55,934 nt of DNA from Candidatus Aenigmatarchaeota archaeon. Lineage in GTDB: Archaea; Aenigmatarchaeota; Aenigmatarchaeia; CG10238-14; SpSt-28. How positions within the stretch are numbered: position 1 is the stretch's first letter; every line of letters starts with the position of its first letter. The stretch is taken from the NCBI GenBank assembly GCA_038997355.1, contig JAWBAC010000002.1, forward strand, positions 1 through 55,934, read 5' to 3'. Shown one piece after another: positions 44,904-54,446 of the stretch. The notes under the pieces were generated by a model that saw nothing but the letters and a program-made list of their open reading frames with translations, did not search any database and was not told the origin of the DNA. The position numbers and the translations under genes were made by a program.

Positions 44904-45358
44904 GAATATCGAAAAAAATATTATTTATAATCGCTATTATAATTTTTACATTTATAGTTGTTTTAGCTGTTTATCCATTAGTTTTCGCTCATCTTATTGG
45001 ATTACCTGCAAATATTGAAATTTCTGATGTTATCAGAGAAGGAAATATTAGCTATGTAGAAATAAGAATAAATTTATCTAGAATTCCAAAAATTAGTTTT
45101 GATATAAAGATCGATAGTAACTTAAATAATTTATCTATAATATTTGAAACTACAGTCTCTAGCTTGTTTAAAGAGTTTAACACTAAAGATATTTATATAA
45201 CTGGAAATTCGATAGTAATAAAAAGAGCGAAACCTTCTAATAAGCTTTCATACTTATATATCTATGGTGAAACTAATAATTCTATTTCGATAAATGTAAG
45301 TTTGTCCAAAAGAATCTTTTTTCTCTATTTTGAAACAAAATATTTACTAACTAAATAA
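44900..45358 (+). CDS. Hypothetical N-terminally membrane-anchored protein
   Basis: Signal-anchor helix ILFIIAIIIFTFIVVLAVYPLVF. ATGA overlap with rfcL. It lies directly upstream of the 956-aa secreted protein. Confidence 0.45.
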   Translation: MRISKKILFIIAIIIFTFIVVLAVYPLVFAHLIGLPANIEISDVIREGNISYVEIRINLSRIPKISFDIKIDSNLNNLSIIFETTVSSLFKEFNTKDIYITGNSIVIKRAKPSNKLSYLYIYGETNNSISINVSLSKRIFFLYFETKYLLTK

Positions 45359-45363
45359 AATTT

Positions 45364-48234
45364 ATGAGTCACACATTTCTACAAAAAATAAAATTTATAA
45401 TTTTAATAATTTTCCTATTTTTCGTAACTACTCTTATACCTGTAGAATCTGCTAAATATTTCTTGAATAGCATAGTTGAACAATGTAGCACATATAATGC
45501 AGATAAAATAAATAGCGAAGATGGATTGTATGCTAGATACGCATATGGCGGCAATTGTAATAAAAATTGCGGATATTTTGCATATACAGTATATGATTTT
45601 GGTAGAGAGGTATCATTTTCATATATGTATATAAGAGGTGCTAATGGATTTGGTTGTTCTTATCCTTATTGTACTGGTCCAGAAACCGTAAAAATTGGTA
45701 TAAGTTTAGATGGAAGAAATTGGAATTGTAATGTTTATAATGGTCAAGGATTACCTACCAATTCATTGGGCAGCACAACTTTTAATTTTGGTCAAACTCT
45801 GAGAGCAAGATACGTTGTTATATATAGAGGAGCAAGTGGCCCCGCTAGAGGAGATCCCATAGTTGATTGTATTGCTTTTTGTGATAATTATAACGAATGT
45901 ACAAGTTGTGCTCAGGTTTCTCAATGTCAAGTAACTTTAAATTCATTAACATTAAATCCATCATCAACAAGTCAATGTGGTCAATCCATTTCACTAACCG
46001 CAACTGTTAGTTATTCTGCAAGCGGAAGCTGTCAGAATCAATATATAACTGTTTATAAACCAGATGGAAGTAAATTATGTGATATCCCAATAGATACTTC
46101 AAAAACAAGTAATTCATGCACTGCAAATTATAATGTTCCATCTCAAAGTGGGACATATACTTTTAAAGCAACTTATGCTTCACAAGAAAAAACTGCTAGT
46201 TTAAGTGTCAATTGTCAACAAGCAAATAAAAATCCCGTTTGGATTAAGTATTTTTCCAATGCCTCTCAAGCATTTATAAATCAACCAATATTATTTTCTA
46301 GTTTGTGGAATGCAACAAGAGACAATTCTCAAAATGTTTATCTTTCTCACTTTATATTTTCATATAAATTAGGCAATAATCAATGGATTAACGAAACATA
46401 TGTTTTTTCTCAACAAACTAATAACTGGCTTTCTGGTTGGCAGTATAGAATTCCAATTACAATTAAAGAAAATTCTGGAAATACATTAACAGATTATCAA
46501 GTTTTAATTGCTTTAAATACTCAAAGTTTAATATCTCAAGGAAAAATGAGAAATGATTGTGGAGATATAAGATTTACTGATAGCGATGGAATAAGTTTAT
46601 TAAATTATTGGCTTGAATCTGGTTGTAATTCCGCAAACACAAAAATATTGGTTAAAGTTCCAAACATTCCAGCAAACGGTCAAAAAACAATTTATGTTTA
46701 TTATGGAAATCCAAGTGCTACAAGTTTAAGTAATGGAGATAATACTTTTATATTTTTTGATGATTTTAGCTTTAAGGACACATCAAAATGGACTTGGCCT
46801 TCAGATTGGACTGTTGAAACAGGATATGCAAAACAAACTTATTCACAAGATTGGCCGCCTTCTGGGCCTAATAAACATATATTTCCTCAACCTATTTCAA
46901 TTTCATCTTCGGTTGGAATTGCTATAGAGACTTACGTGAAAAATTTAGGAACGGTTTATGCATATGATTTGCAAATCGGTGTTACCGACGGTAATATAAG
47001 AAGAGAAGCAAACTGGGCAGTTGGTGCTTGGGATTTTCTTTTTGTAGTAAATCTAGAAGATTGGGGAGAAGCAGATACTAGAAATTGGAATCCAGTTACA
47101 TTAATAGTGAGAAATGGTAATCAACAAATCTATATCAACGGTATTTTAGAAAAAACTAGTACAGTTTCTATAACTACAATTTCATCAGTAGACATTAGAT
47201 CGAAAGGTCAATCTTATTGGGATTGGTTTAGAGTTAGAAAATATACTTATCCAGAACCATCTGTTACTATTGGAAATGAAGAAACAAATAAATTATTTAC
47301 TGCTTGGGCAAATGTTACTAAAAGTTTTTCTCAGCCAGGAACTTTATGTTGGAAGTTTTATGCTAACAATTCTTTAAATCTTTGGAATGTAACTCCAGAA
47401 AGTTGTTTAAATATAATTGCACCAGATTATTATTTCGAAATTACATTAGTTCAACCAAAAGAAAGTACTATTAATAATTTGGTTGTTGGAGAAAGCTTAG
47501 ATGTAAAAGCTCATTTAAAAATGATAACTAACTATCAATTCTGCTTGGATATAAATGCTTATATAAGATATAACCAATCAAGTAATATTCCAGATTCTCC
47601 AATTCCCACAACAACAAATTCACTATCTACTGATACGAATCCTATTTCGACTCGAATATGTAATGATCAAACGATTAATTTAGATTATATGATATATGCA
47701 AACAAACCATCATTTAAAATAATAGATATAAGAGTTTGTGATACACAAAACATAAAATGTAATTCTTCAAAAACATTTTATGTAAATGTAAGTTTAGTAG
47801 CTAATAGAGATTTTTCTTTAAAAACAGGATGGAATTTAATTTCTATACCATATAAATCTATTTACTTAGACTTATCTCAAGATGGTTGTAATCTTGCAGA
47901 AAAAATATTCCATTATTATAATTCAACTTCGAAATCATGGCAATATCATAGATTTAACGAACTTAAATATGGAATTGCTTATTGGGTTTATTCAGATAGA
48001 GATTGTACATCTAAAATTTCAGCAAGCGGCAATGTAAATATTAATGATCTTCCAAGAGCTCAAAGAGGAATTAATTATATAGGTTCTTTAACATCTAGTA
48101 AAAGTGTAAATACAATAGCAGCAGCAATAGGTTGTAATAATGCAATCGTTAGATATTGGGATCCTTCATCCAAAACTTTTAAAGATGCAGCTCAAATAGT
48201 TCCCTGGTACGGATATATATTTGAATGTTCTTAA
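45364..48234 (+). CDS. Large secreted multidomain surface protein (Cys-rich N-terminal domain, Ig-like segment, DUF2341-like and LamG/concanavalin-like region, GWNLISIP C-terminal domain)
   Basis: Signal-like N-terminus FIILIIFLFFVTTLIPVESA. The DUF2341-type block is WQYRIPITIKE...DYQVLI...CGDIRFTDSDG..LNYWLE...KILVKVPNIPANG.KTIYVYYGNP. Many Cys and N-x-S/T sites. No C-terminal TM helix. Confidence 0.75.
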   Translation: MSHTFLQKIKFIILIIFLFFVTTLIPVESAKYFLNSIVEQCSTYNADKINSEDGLYARYAYGGNCNKNCGYFAYTVYDFGREVSFSYMYIRGANGFGCSYPYCTGPETVKIGISLDGRNWNCNVYNGQGLPTNSLGSTTFNFGQTLRARYVVIYRGASGPARGDPIVDCIAFCDNYNECTSCAQVSQCQVTLNSLTLNPSSTSQCGQSISLTATVSYSASGSCQNQYITVYKPDGSKLCDIPIDTSKTSNSCTANYNVPSQSGTYTFKATYASQEKTASLSVNCQQANKNPVWIKYFSNASQAFINQPILFSSLWNATRDNSQNVYLSHFIFSYKLGNNQWINETYVFSQQTNNWLSGWQYRIPITIKENSGNTLTDYQVLIALNTQSLISQGKMRNDCGDIRFTDSDGISLLNYWLESGCNSANTKILVKVPNIPANGQKTIYVYYGNPSATSLSNGDNTFIFFDDFSFKDTSKWTWPSDWTVETGYAKQTYSQDWPPSGPNKHIFPQPISISSSVGIAIETYVKNLGTVYAYDLQIGVTDGNIRREANWAVGAWDFLFVVNLEDWGEADTRNWNPVTLIVRNGNQQIYINGILEKTSTVSITTISSVDIRSKGQSYWDWFRVRKYTYPEPSVTIGNEETNKLFTAWANVTKSFSQPGTLCWKFYANNSLNLWNVTPESCLNIIAPDYYFEITLVQPKESTINNLVVGESLDVKAHLKMITNYQFCLDINAYIRYNQSSNIPDSPIPTTTNSLSTDTNPISTRICNDQTINLDYMIYANKPSFKIIDIRVCDTQNIKCNSSKTFYVNVSLVANRDFSLKTGWNLISIPYKSIYLDLSQDGCNLAEKIFHYYNSTSKSWQYHRFNELKYGIAYWVYSDRDCTSKISASGNVNINDLPRAQRGINYIGSLTSSKSVNTIAAAIGCNNAIVRYWDPSSKTFKDAAQIVPWYGYIFECS

Positions 48235-48653
48235 GTTTTTGGAACCCAGCTAAAAGGTATTATTTCGTAATAGTTGGTTTTTCCATCACTAAAAAACAAT
48301 TCTAATTCACTAGTTGCTGGGAAGTTCGCAATATTATAAGGTTGCTGACAAGGAGAAACTCTTACTTTAATGCTTACATAATATCCAAACTTTTGTAATT
48401 TTTCTAATTCCTTAGAAAATTCTTCCAAATTATATTTAAATTCTTCACAATTTTTCGACAAATTTATTATGTCTAATGCTTTTTCTTTAATATTTTTTAT
48501 TAATAGTGCATATTCTGGCAAAAATTGAGATACGTCAACAAAAACAACTCTATAAGTTAAAAAGAATAAAATTATTAGAATACTAACTATCAATATTGCC
48601 CCCAAAGTCATAAACTGAGATTTAAAGTATTTGTAGTATTGCATGTTTTTCAT
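48231..48653 (-). CDS. Hypothetical N-terminally anchored protein, possible prepilin-like signal
   Basis: FKSQFMTLGAILIVSILIILFF is a basic residue, then S-Q, then a hydrophobic helix. This is reminiscent of class III signals, but the call is weak. Confidence 0.4.
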   Translation of the reverse strand: MKNMQYYKYFKSQFMTLGAILIVSILIILFFLTYRVVFVDVSQFLPEYALLIKNIKEKALDIINLSKNCEEFKYNLEEFSKELEKLQKFGYYVSIKVRVSPCQQPYNIANFPATSELELFFSDGKTNYYEIIPFSWVPKT

Positions 48654-48924
48654 TACCTATAATTAAAATATTTTTTTCATTGATTAATTTTAACTCTATT
48701 AACAAATTTACACTATTATTGCCAAAAGCATTTATAACATCGAAATTTTCTTCTCTTAAAATTTTTATTAATTCATCTTTTTCAACATATCTTTCAAAAT
48801 AAAAACTTTTTGAAATTTTTATTTTAATTCCTTTAAACTCAAACTCTTTTTCTAAAACGTTTTCATCACAAATCGCTAAAATTTTAATTCCAAGATTTTT
48901 ATGAATTTTAATGCAGAACCTCAT
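48622..48924 (-). CDS. DUF424-family protein
   Basis: The pattern KILAICDENVLEKEFEFKGIKIKISKSFYFERYV...VINAFGNNSV resembles the archaeal DUF424 family. Confidence 0.6.
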   Translation of the reverse strand: MRFCIKIHKNLGIKILAICDENVLEKEFEFKGIKIKISKSFYFERYVEKDELIKILREENFDVINAFGNNSVNLLIELKLINEKNILIIGNEKHAILQIL

Positions 48925-49329
48925 TTAATATCTTATTATTTTTTTATTGCCACAAGCATCGCATTTTAAATATTTAATGTTGTTTTCTATTACTATTCTT
49001 GTTTCTGGTTTATTGCAAACATCACAAATAACAAAAACTTTTACATATTCTTCAAGTTTTCTTTTAAGCACTTCTTTATTTATTATTCCGTTCAAAACTA
49101 AAACATCTTTTTCAAATCTAGCAGGTATACCAACTATTCTTGAAAAATCCCCTTTAAATTCTTCTTTTTCCCTTTTTAGTTTAAACAAAATTTCCTTAAT
49201 GTTTAGAATATACGTTTTATTTTTTTCATATCTTACCTCTATTTCTGGTAAGGCATACCTATCTACATTAACAACTATTTGAGGCAACCTTTTCAAACCT
49301 TCTTCTAACATTTCTTCGTAAGATTTCAT
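48925..49329 (-). CDS. eif2b: Translation initiation factor aIF2 beta subunit
   Basis: YEEMLEEGLKRLP and the C-terminal zinc ribbon CDVCNKPET...CDACG. Confidence 0.92.
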   Translation of the reverse strand: MKSYEEMLEEGLKRLPQIVVNVDRYALPEIEVRYEKNKTYILNIKEILFKLKREKEEFKGDFSRIVGIPARFEKDVLVLNGIINKEVLKRKLEEYVKVFVICDVCNKPETRIVIENNIKYLKCDACGNKKIIRY

Positions 49330-50039
49330 TTTATAATTTTATATTTTCCTGGTTTATATTCATAAATCTTTCCACTTTCTAGTAAGCTATCTATTATTTG
49401 TGTCAGTTTCTCTTTATCTATATTAACCAAACTTAAAATTTCAGATAAGCTAATTCCTTCCTCAGAAGAGAAATTTTCAATAATTTTTAAAACATTGTCT
49501 TCTAAATTTTCAATTCCTTTATTTTTTAATACTTCACTAACTTCTATTTCATCCATTTCGAACCTCTTTTTAGCTTCTTCTAACAATTCACTATAAGAAA
49601 GAATGTTAGATAATTTTAGTATTTCTTCAACTTTGTAAGAATTTCTTTTTATTCTTTCAATAACTTTCAATTTAAAGAAAGCTTCAAACTTAAAATCAAC
49701 TTTCTTAATTAATTCCGCATTTATATATCTATAATTACTTTCCCTTATTTTTCCAACAACAAAAACTATATTACCTATATCTATTTTTACCGCTTCATTA
49801 ACTAAATCTCTAAATGCTTTTACAACTATATCATCTGTTTCATCATTAACTATTAATCTACAATATGTCATTTCATCGTTAACATACTTATCAACAACTG
49901 TTCCGACAATTCCAGCTCGTATAACTTTTTCTCCTAACTTAGTTACGATAAAAGAAGGTAGCTTATTCTCTTTATTTCCAGCATAATATGTTGAATTTTT
50001 TATTTCTGCAATTCGTAAAGGAATAAAAGGATTTCTCAT
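49326..50039 (-). CDS. RPA32-like protein (OB fold plus C-terminal winged helix)
   Basis: OB block VIRAGIVGTVVDKYVNDEMTYCRLIVNDETDDIVVKAF...GNIVFVVGKI. The C-terminal wH is EGISLSEILSLVNIDKEKLTQIIDSLLESGKIYE. Confidence 0.6.
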   Translation of the reverse strand: MRNPFIPLRIAEIKNSTYYAGNKENKLPSFIVTKLGEKVIRAGIVGTVVDKYVNDEMTYCRLIVNDETDDIVVKAFRDLVNEAVKIDIGNIVFVVGKIRESNYRYINAELIKKVDFKFEAFFKLKVIERIKRNSYKVEEILKLSNILSYSELLEEAKKRFEMDEIEVSEVLKNKGIENLEDNVLKIIENFSSEEGISLSEILSLVNIDKEKLTQIIDSLLESGKIYEYKPGKYKIIK

Positions 50040-50072
50040 AAATTTGAAAAGATATAGAAAATAAATATGTAA

Positions 50073-50145
50073 GGGGAGGTAGTTTAGCTTGGCAGAATGC
50101 AGGCCTTGGGAGCCTGTGACCCGGGTTCAAATCCCGGCCTCCCCA
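50073..50145 (+). tRNA. tRNA-Pro (anticodon TGG)
   Basis: GGGGAGG acceptor pairs with CCTCCCC. Anticodon stem CAGGC/GCCTG with loop CTTGGGA. T-arm CCGGGTTCAAATCCCGG. Confidence 0.92.
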
Positions 50146-50183
50146 ATACTTTTAAATCTAAAATAACCTAAATTAAGAAATTT

Positions 50184-51524
50184 ATGAGAGAGTTACTATC
50201 CAATTTAGGTTTTATACTTCAATTTTCTGGTTTATTTATATTATTAGCAGCTTTTGTTGCTATTTATCTTAATGAAACAAGAGAAGCTATCGCATTTTTT
50301 ATAACATCTTCTACATTTTTAGCACTAGGATTTCCTTTAAATGCTTTGTCAGAAAGAAAAGACCTAAAAAATTTTAAAGAAGCTTTAGTTTTATTTGTAT
50401 TAACTTTTTTGTTTTTGGGATTAATTTCTTCAATACCTTATTTGTTTTTAGGTTTATTCTCAGAGAAAGATTTAATAACTAATATAGTTAATTCGATTTT
50501 TGAAGGATTTTCAGGCATTACTACTACTGGCTTTACTTTTTTAAATTCTGAAAATTTATCTCAATCGATGATATTTTATAGGGCTTTATCTCAATTTGTT
50601 GGAGGAATAGGAATTGTTTATCTTTTAATAACTTTTATTTATTCTGAAAAATTCAAGATTACTAGATTTTTTGGAAAATTAATAGGTTTTGACGAAAACG
50701 ATGAAATAAAAAAGAATATAAAAGAAATAATAATTTTTTACTTTAGTGCTTTAGCAATTTTGTCTTTTTTGATGTTCTATTTCAATAAAGATTTAATAAA
50801 ATCCTTTAGCTTAATTGCTAGCGGAATAGCTACTGGAGGTTTTCCGCATTATGATATAGCGAGTTTAAGTATAGAGGAAAAAACACTTATAATAGCATCA
50901 ATGATATTAGGTTCTATTTCGATTTTTATAATTGCAAAATTAAAAAAAGAGTTACCTATATATATCTTTCTGATATTTTTAACATCATTAATTTTATATA
51001 TCTATGAAGGTATTGATTATTTTTCTTCTATCTTTCATGCTGTGTCTTTTGTTTCTACAACTGGATATAGTTATATAGATATTGGTAATCTTTCAAACCA
51101 AACATTAGTAATATTATCGATAGTAATGCTAATAGGAGGTATGGCAATTTCTACAAGTGGCGGATTTAAAATAATAAGATTAATATACTTTTTTAAAGGG
51201 ATGAAAGATGCAATAATATCTTTTGTAAGAGGTAGTCAAACAATGATAGATGAATTTGTACTCATAAGCTTTGCATGTATTTTTTCTTATCTAATTTTTT
51301 TGTTTTTGTTGAGTTTTATTCTTTCATATTATTATTCTGATAAAGATTTTCCAAAAATAATTTTTGATTCTTCGTCTTCGTTAACAACAAGCGGATTTTC
51401 TTCTGGATTAATAAACGATAATTTACCAATTTTATTGAAAATTTTAATAATATTTTATATGTTGTTAGCAAGAATAGAAATATTACCTATATTTGCATTA
51501 TTTGTTAAAATAAAATATGAGTGA
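50184..51524 (+). CDS. trkH: TrkH/KtrB-family cation (K+) transporter
   Basis: Four pore-loop-like motifs (SGITTTGF, SGIATGGF, VSTTGYS, LTTSGFS) in a polytopic membrane protein. Confidence 0.85.
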   Translation: MRELLSNLGFILQFSGLFILLAAFVAIYLNETREAIAFFITSSTFLALGFPLNALSERKDLKNFKEALVLFVLTFLFLGLISSIPYLFLGLFSEKDLITNIVNSIFEGFSGITTTGFTFLNSENLSQSMIFYRALSQFVGGIGIVYLLITFIYSEKFKITRFFGKLIGFDENDEIKKNIKEIIIFYFSALAILSFLMFYFNKDLIKSFSLIASGIATGGFPHYDIASLSIEEKTLIIASMILGSISIFIIAKLKKELPIYIFLIFLTSLILYIYEGIDYFSSIFHAVSFVSTTGYSYIDIGNLSNQTLVILSIVMLIGGMAISTSGGFKIIRLIYFFKGMKDAIISFVRGSQTMIDEFVLISFACIFSYLIFLFLLSFILSYYYSDKDFPKIIFDSSSSLTTSGFSSGLINDNLPILLKILIIFYMLLARIEILPIFALFVKIKYE

Positions 51525-52953
51525 AGAATTAGGAATAAAAGCAAAAAAAGATAATTTGAGTGAATGGTACGAAGAAGTAGTTTTAAAAACTGGATTGGCA
51601 GATTATTCTCCGGTTAAAGGTTGTATAATATTCTTACCATATAGTATGGCAATTTGGAATTTAATAAGGGAAGAATTTACTAAAATGATTAAAGACGAAG
51701 TAAAAGAAGTTTATTTTCCTTTATTTATTCCAAAAAGTATTTTAGAAAAAGAGGCAAAACATTTTGAAGGATTTGTACCAGAGGTAGCTTGGGTAACTAG
51801 AAGTGGAAAAGAAGAGTTAGATGAATGGTTAGCAGTAAGGCCTACTAGCGAAACAATAATTTATTCCTACATTTCAAAATTAATAAAAAGTTATAGAGAT
51901 TTGCCATTAAGAATTATTCAGTGGTGTAATGTTGTTAGATGGGAAACAAAATCTACAAAACCATTCTTAAGAGGAAGAGAATTTTTATGGCATGAAGGTC
52001 ATACATTTCATGCAACTTTTGAAGAAGCAATGGAAGAAACTATGAAAAGAATTCTTCAATATAAGGAATTTGTTGAAAAATATTTGGCAATTCCAGTTAT
52101 TGTTGGATATAAGAGCGAATATGAAAAATTCGCAGGCGCACATACAACAACTACAATCGAAGCATTAATGCCAGACGGCAAAGCATTACAATGTGGAACT
52201 TCTCATAATTTGGCGGATAATTTTTCAAAAGTTTTTGAAATTTATTATCAAGACAAAGATGGAAAGAATAAATTAGTATATCAAACATCATGGGGATTTT
52301 CTACTCGATTAATAGGTGCATTAATAATGGTTCATGGAGATGATAAAGGTTTAATCTTGCCACCAAAAATAGCTCCATATCAAATAGTCATAATTCCAAT
52401 ATATTACAACGAGGAACAAAAGAAAATAGTTTTTGAAAAAGTTAAAGAAGTAGAAAATAGACTAAAAAAAGAATTTAGAGTAATTTCTGATTTAAGAGAA
52501 GAATATACTCCAGGTTATAAATTTAACGATTGGGAATTAAAAGGCGTGCCAATAAGAATTGAAATAGGTCCTAAAGATATTGAAAACAAAACTTTAGTTA
52601 TTTTTAGAAGAGACGAAATGAAAAAAACCGTAATAAAAGAAGAAGAGTTAGAGAAAGTTTTAACAAATCTTTTGGAAGAAATTCAAAGAAATTTATTCGA
52701 GAAAGCGAAAAGATTTTTAGAGTCTCACATATTTATAGCTAACGATTTCGAAGAGTTTAAAAAATATGTAGAAAAAGGTTTTGTTATTGCTAATCATTGT
52801 GGCGATATGAGCTGCGAAGAAAAAATAAAAGAATTAACGAAAGCAACTTGCAGAGTAATAGAATTTAACAACGAAGAACCTTTTGGAAATAAAAAATGTG
52901 TATATTGCGGAAAAGAAGCAAAATATAAAGCTTATTTTGCAAGGTCTTACTAA
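51517..52953 (+). CDS. proS: Prolyl-tRNA synthetase (archaeal/eukaryotic type)
   Basis: Class II motifs (RPTSET, FLRGREFLWHEGH, GTSHNL), an anticodon-binding domain, and a C-terminal zinc domain ending in ...CVYCGKEAKYKAYFARSY. Confidence 0.95.
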   Translation: MSEELGIKAKKDNLSEWYEEVVLKTGLADYSPVKGCIIFLPYSMAIWNLIREEFTKMIKDEVKEVYFPLFIPKSILEKEAKHFEGFVPEVAWVTRSGKEELDEWLAVRPTSETIIYSYISKLIKSYRDLPLRIIQWCNVVRWETKSTKPFLRGREFLWHEGHTFHATFEEAMEETMKRILQYKEFVEKYLAIPVIVGYKSEYEKFAGAHTTTTIEALMPDGKALQCGTSHNLADNFSKVFEIYYQDKDGKNKLVYQTSWGFSTRLIGALIMVHGDDKGLILPPKIAPYQIVIIPIYYNEEQKKIVFEKVKEVENRLKKEFRVISDLREEYTPGYKFNDWELKGVPIRIEIGPKDIENKTLVIFRRDEMKKTVIKEEELEKVLTNLLEEIQRNLFEKAKRFLESHIFIANDFEEFKKYVEKGFVIANHCGDMSCEEKIKELTKATCRVIEFNNEEPFGNKKCVYCGKEAKYKAYFARSY

Positions 52954-53258
52954 ATCTCTATAAAATCTTTTTTAATAAATCTAAGATAAAAATTCCATTG
53001 TTTTTCTGTAAGCAAGTGAAATTCGAAAGGATAATCAAAATATTTCGAAAACAAAATATCATAAACTTCTAATTTTTTCTCTCTATTTTTAAACTCATCC
53101 GAAACAATAGCAATATCAACATCGCTTAATCCTATGGAAAAATTTCCTTTAACTATCGAACCAAAAACATATATTTTTGCATTAACATGTTGATTTACAA
53201 TTTTTTTCATTTCTTTTAATAATTTCTTTACTTTTTCTAAATATTCTGTTCTTTCCAT
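52950..53258 (-). CDS. Minimal nucleotidyltransferase (MNT, antitoxin-type)
   Basis: VFGSIVKGNFSIGLSDVDIAI (the GS...DxD motif). ~100 aa. 22-nt overlap with the upstream HEPN gene. Confidence 0.8.
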   Translation of the reverse strand: MERTEYLEKVKKLLKEMKKIVNQHVNAKIYVFGSIVKGNFSIGLSDVDIAIVSDEFKNREKKLEVYDILFSKYFDYPFEFHLLTEKQWNFYLRFIKKDFIEI

Positions 53259-53626
53259 AGAAGATTTTCTAATTCTTCAACAACTCTAAAAGCTTCTTCA
53301 ACTTCTTCCTCAAAAAATTCTTCATAAATATACCTAGCAGAAATATATGCTCTTTCTAAATCTCTCAAAACTTTTTTATTTTTTTCTACGAATTCATTTA
53401 TCTTTTCTTTATTCCAATTTTCAGCTAATTCTTTTAACAATTTCCTTAAAGAATGAGTTTTCTCAAAAGAACCCTTTATTTCTAATAATTTTGCTTTAAT
53501 TAAAAGCTGTGCAGCTTGCTCTAAGTGAAACATGCATATATCAAAGTTTTTATTTTTAAAATCAAAAATAGCATCCTCTTTAAATATTCTAGCTCTTCTT
53601 AGAAATTCTTCTATCTCTTCTTTCAT
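53237..53626 (-). CDS. HEPN-domain protein (toxin-type partner of MNT)
   Basis: ~130-aa all-helical protein with N-terminal FLRRARIFKEDA...FDICMFHLEQAAQLLIKA and distal ERAYISARY. The pairing with MNT supports the call. Confidence 0.7.
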   Translation of the reverse strand: MKEEIEEFLRRARIFKEDAIFDFKNKNFDICMFHLEQAAQLLIKAKLLEIKGSFEKTHSLRKLLKELAENWNKEKINEFVEKNKKVLRDLERAYISARYIYEEFFEEEVEEAFRVVEELENLLWKEQNI

Positions 53627-53662
53627 AAAAAATTCAAAAACTTAAAATAAATAAAAAAGGAA

Positions 53663-54430
53663 TTAGATTAAAAACGAAAACCAGCTTCTTATTCTCTTTA
53701 GATATGTTGTAAACGGAACTCTATATTCTTCTCCAGCTAAATATGCAGCTAACTTCATAAATTCTACAGCAGCTTTACTATAATCGTTAATCTCTAAATA
53801 TGTTTTACCTAATGCTAAGGCTTTTTCAAAATCAGAATCATATGGTATTGCAGCGATTACTGGCAAATTTGTTAACTCTTCTATTTCTCCTATAGTTAAT
53901 TCATGTACTTTTCCAGTAACTTTATTTACAACTACTCCTAATGGCTTTAATCCAAGTTTTTCTGCGACTTCATTAATTTTTATTACATCTGTTACTGCAG
54001 CAATGTTTGGATTGGTTACATATAGAATTTCTTTCGATGCTTTCATTGCACTAACCGCTTCCCTTCCTATTCCAGGTGCACTATCTATCAAGACAAAGTC
54101 GCTATATGGTATTTCTTTTATCACTCTTTCTAATTTTGTTATATCTACATTTTGTAATTCATTAACATCTAAGGAGCTTGGTATTATCTTTAATCCGCTA
54201 TCGTGAAAATATATTGCATCTATTATTGTTTTTGTTTCTTCTCTTAAGACATGATTCAATGTTGTTGGATTGTAGAACATTCCGAAATTCATTGCTAAAT
54301 GCGGAGTAGTTATGTTTGCATCTATTATTGTAACGCTTTTTCCAAGCTTTGTTAAGGCTAAGCCAAGGTTTGCTGTTACTGTAGTTTTACCTACACCACC
54401 TTTACCGCTAGCAACAGTTATTACTCTCAT
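53663..54430 (-). CDS. minD: MinD/ParA-family ATPase
   Basis: Deviant Walker A ASGKGGVGKTT, DSAPG Walker B region, and an amphipathic C-terminus (LKRIRSWFSFLI). Confidence 0.9.
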   Translation of the reverse strand: MRVITVASGKGGVGKTTVTANLGLALTKLGKSVTIIDANITTPHLAMNFGMFYNPTTLNHVLREETKTIIDAIYFHDSGLKIIPSSLDVNELQNVDITKLERVIKEIPYSDFVLIDSAPGIGREAVSAMKASKEILYVTNPNIAAVTDVIKINEVAEKLGLKPLGVVVNKVTGKVHELTIGEIEELTNLPVIAAIPYDSDFEKALALGKTYLEINDYSKAAVEFMKLAAYLAGEEYRVPFTTYLKRIRSWFSFLI

Positions 54431-54446
54431 AAATTTATATCAATCA

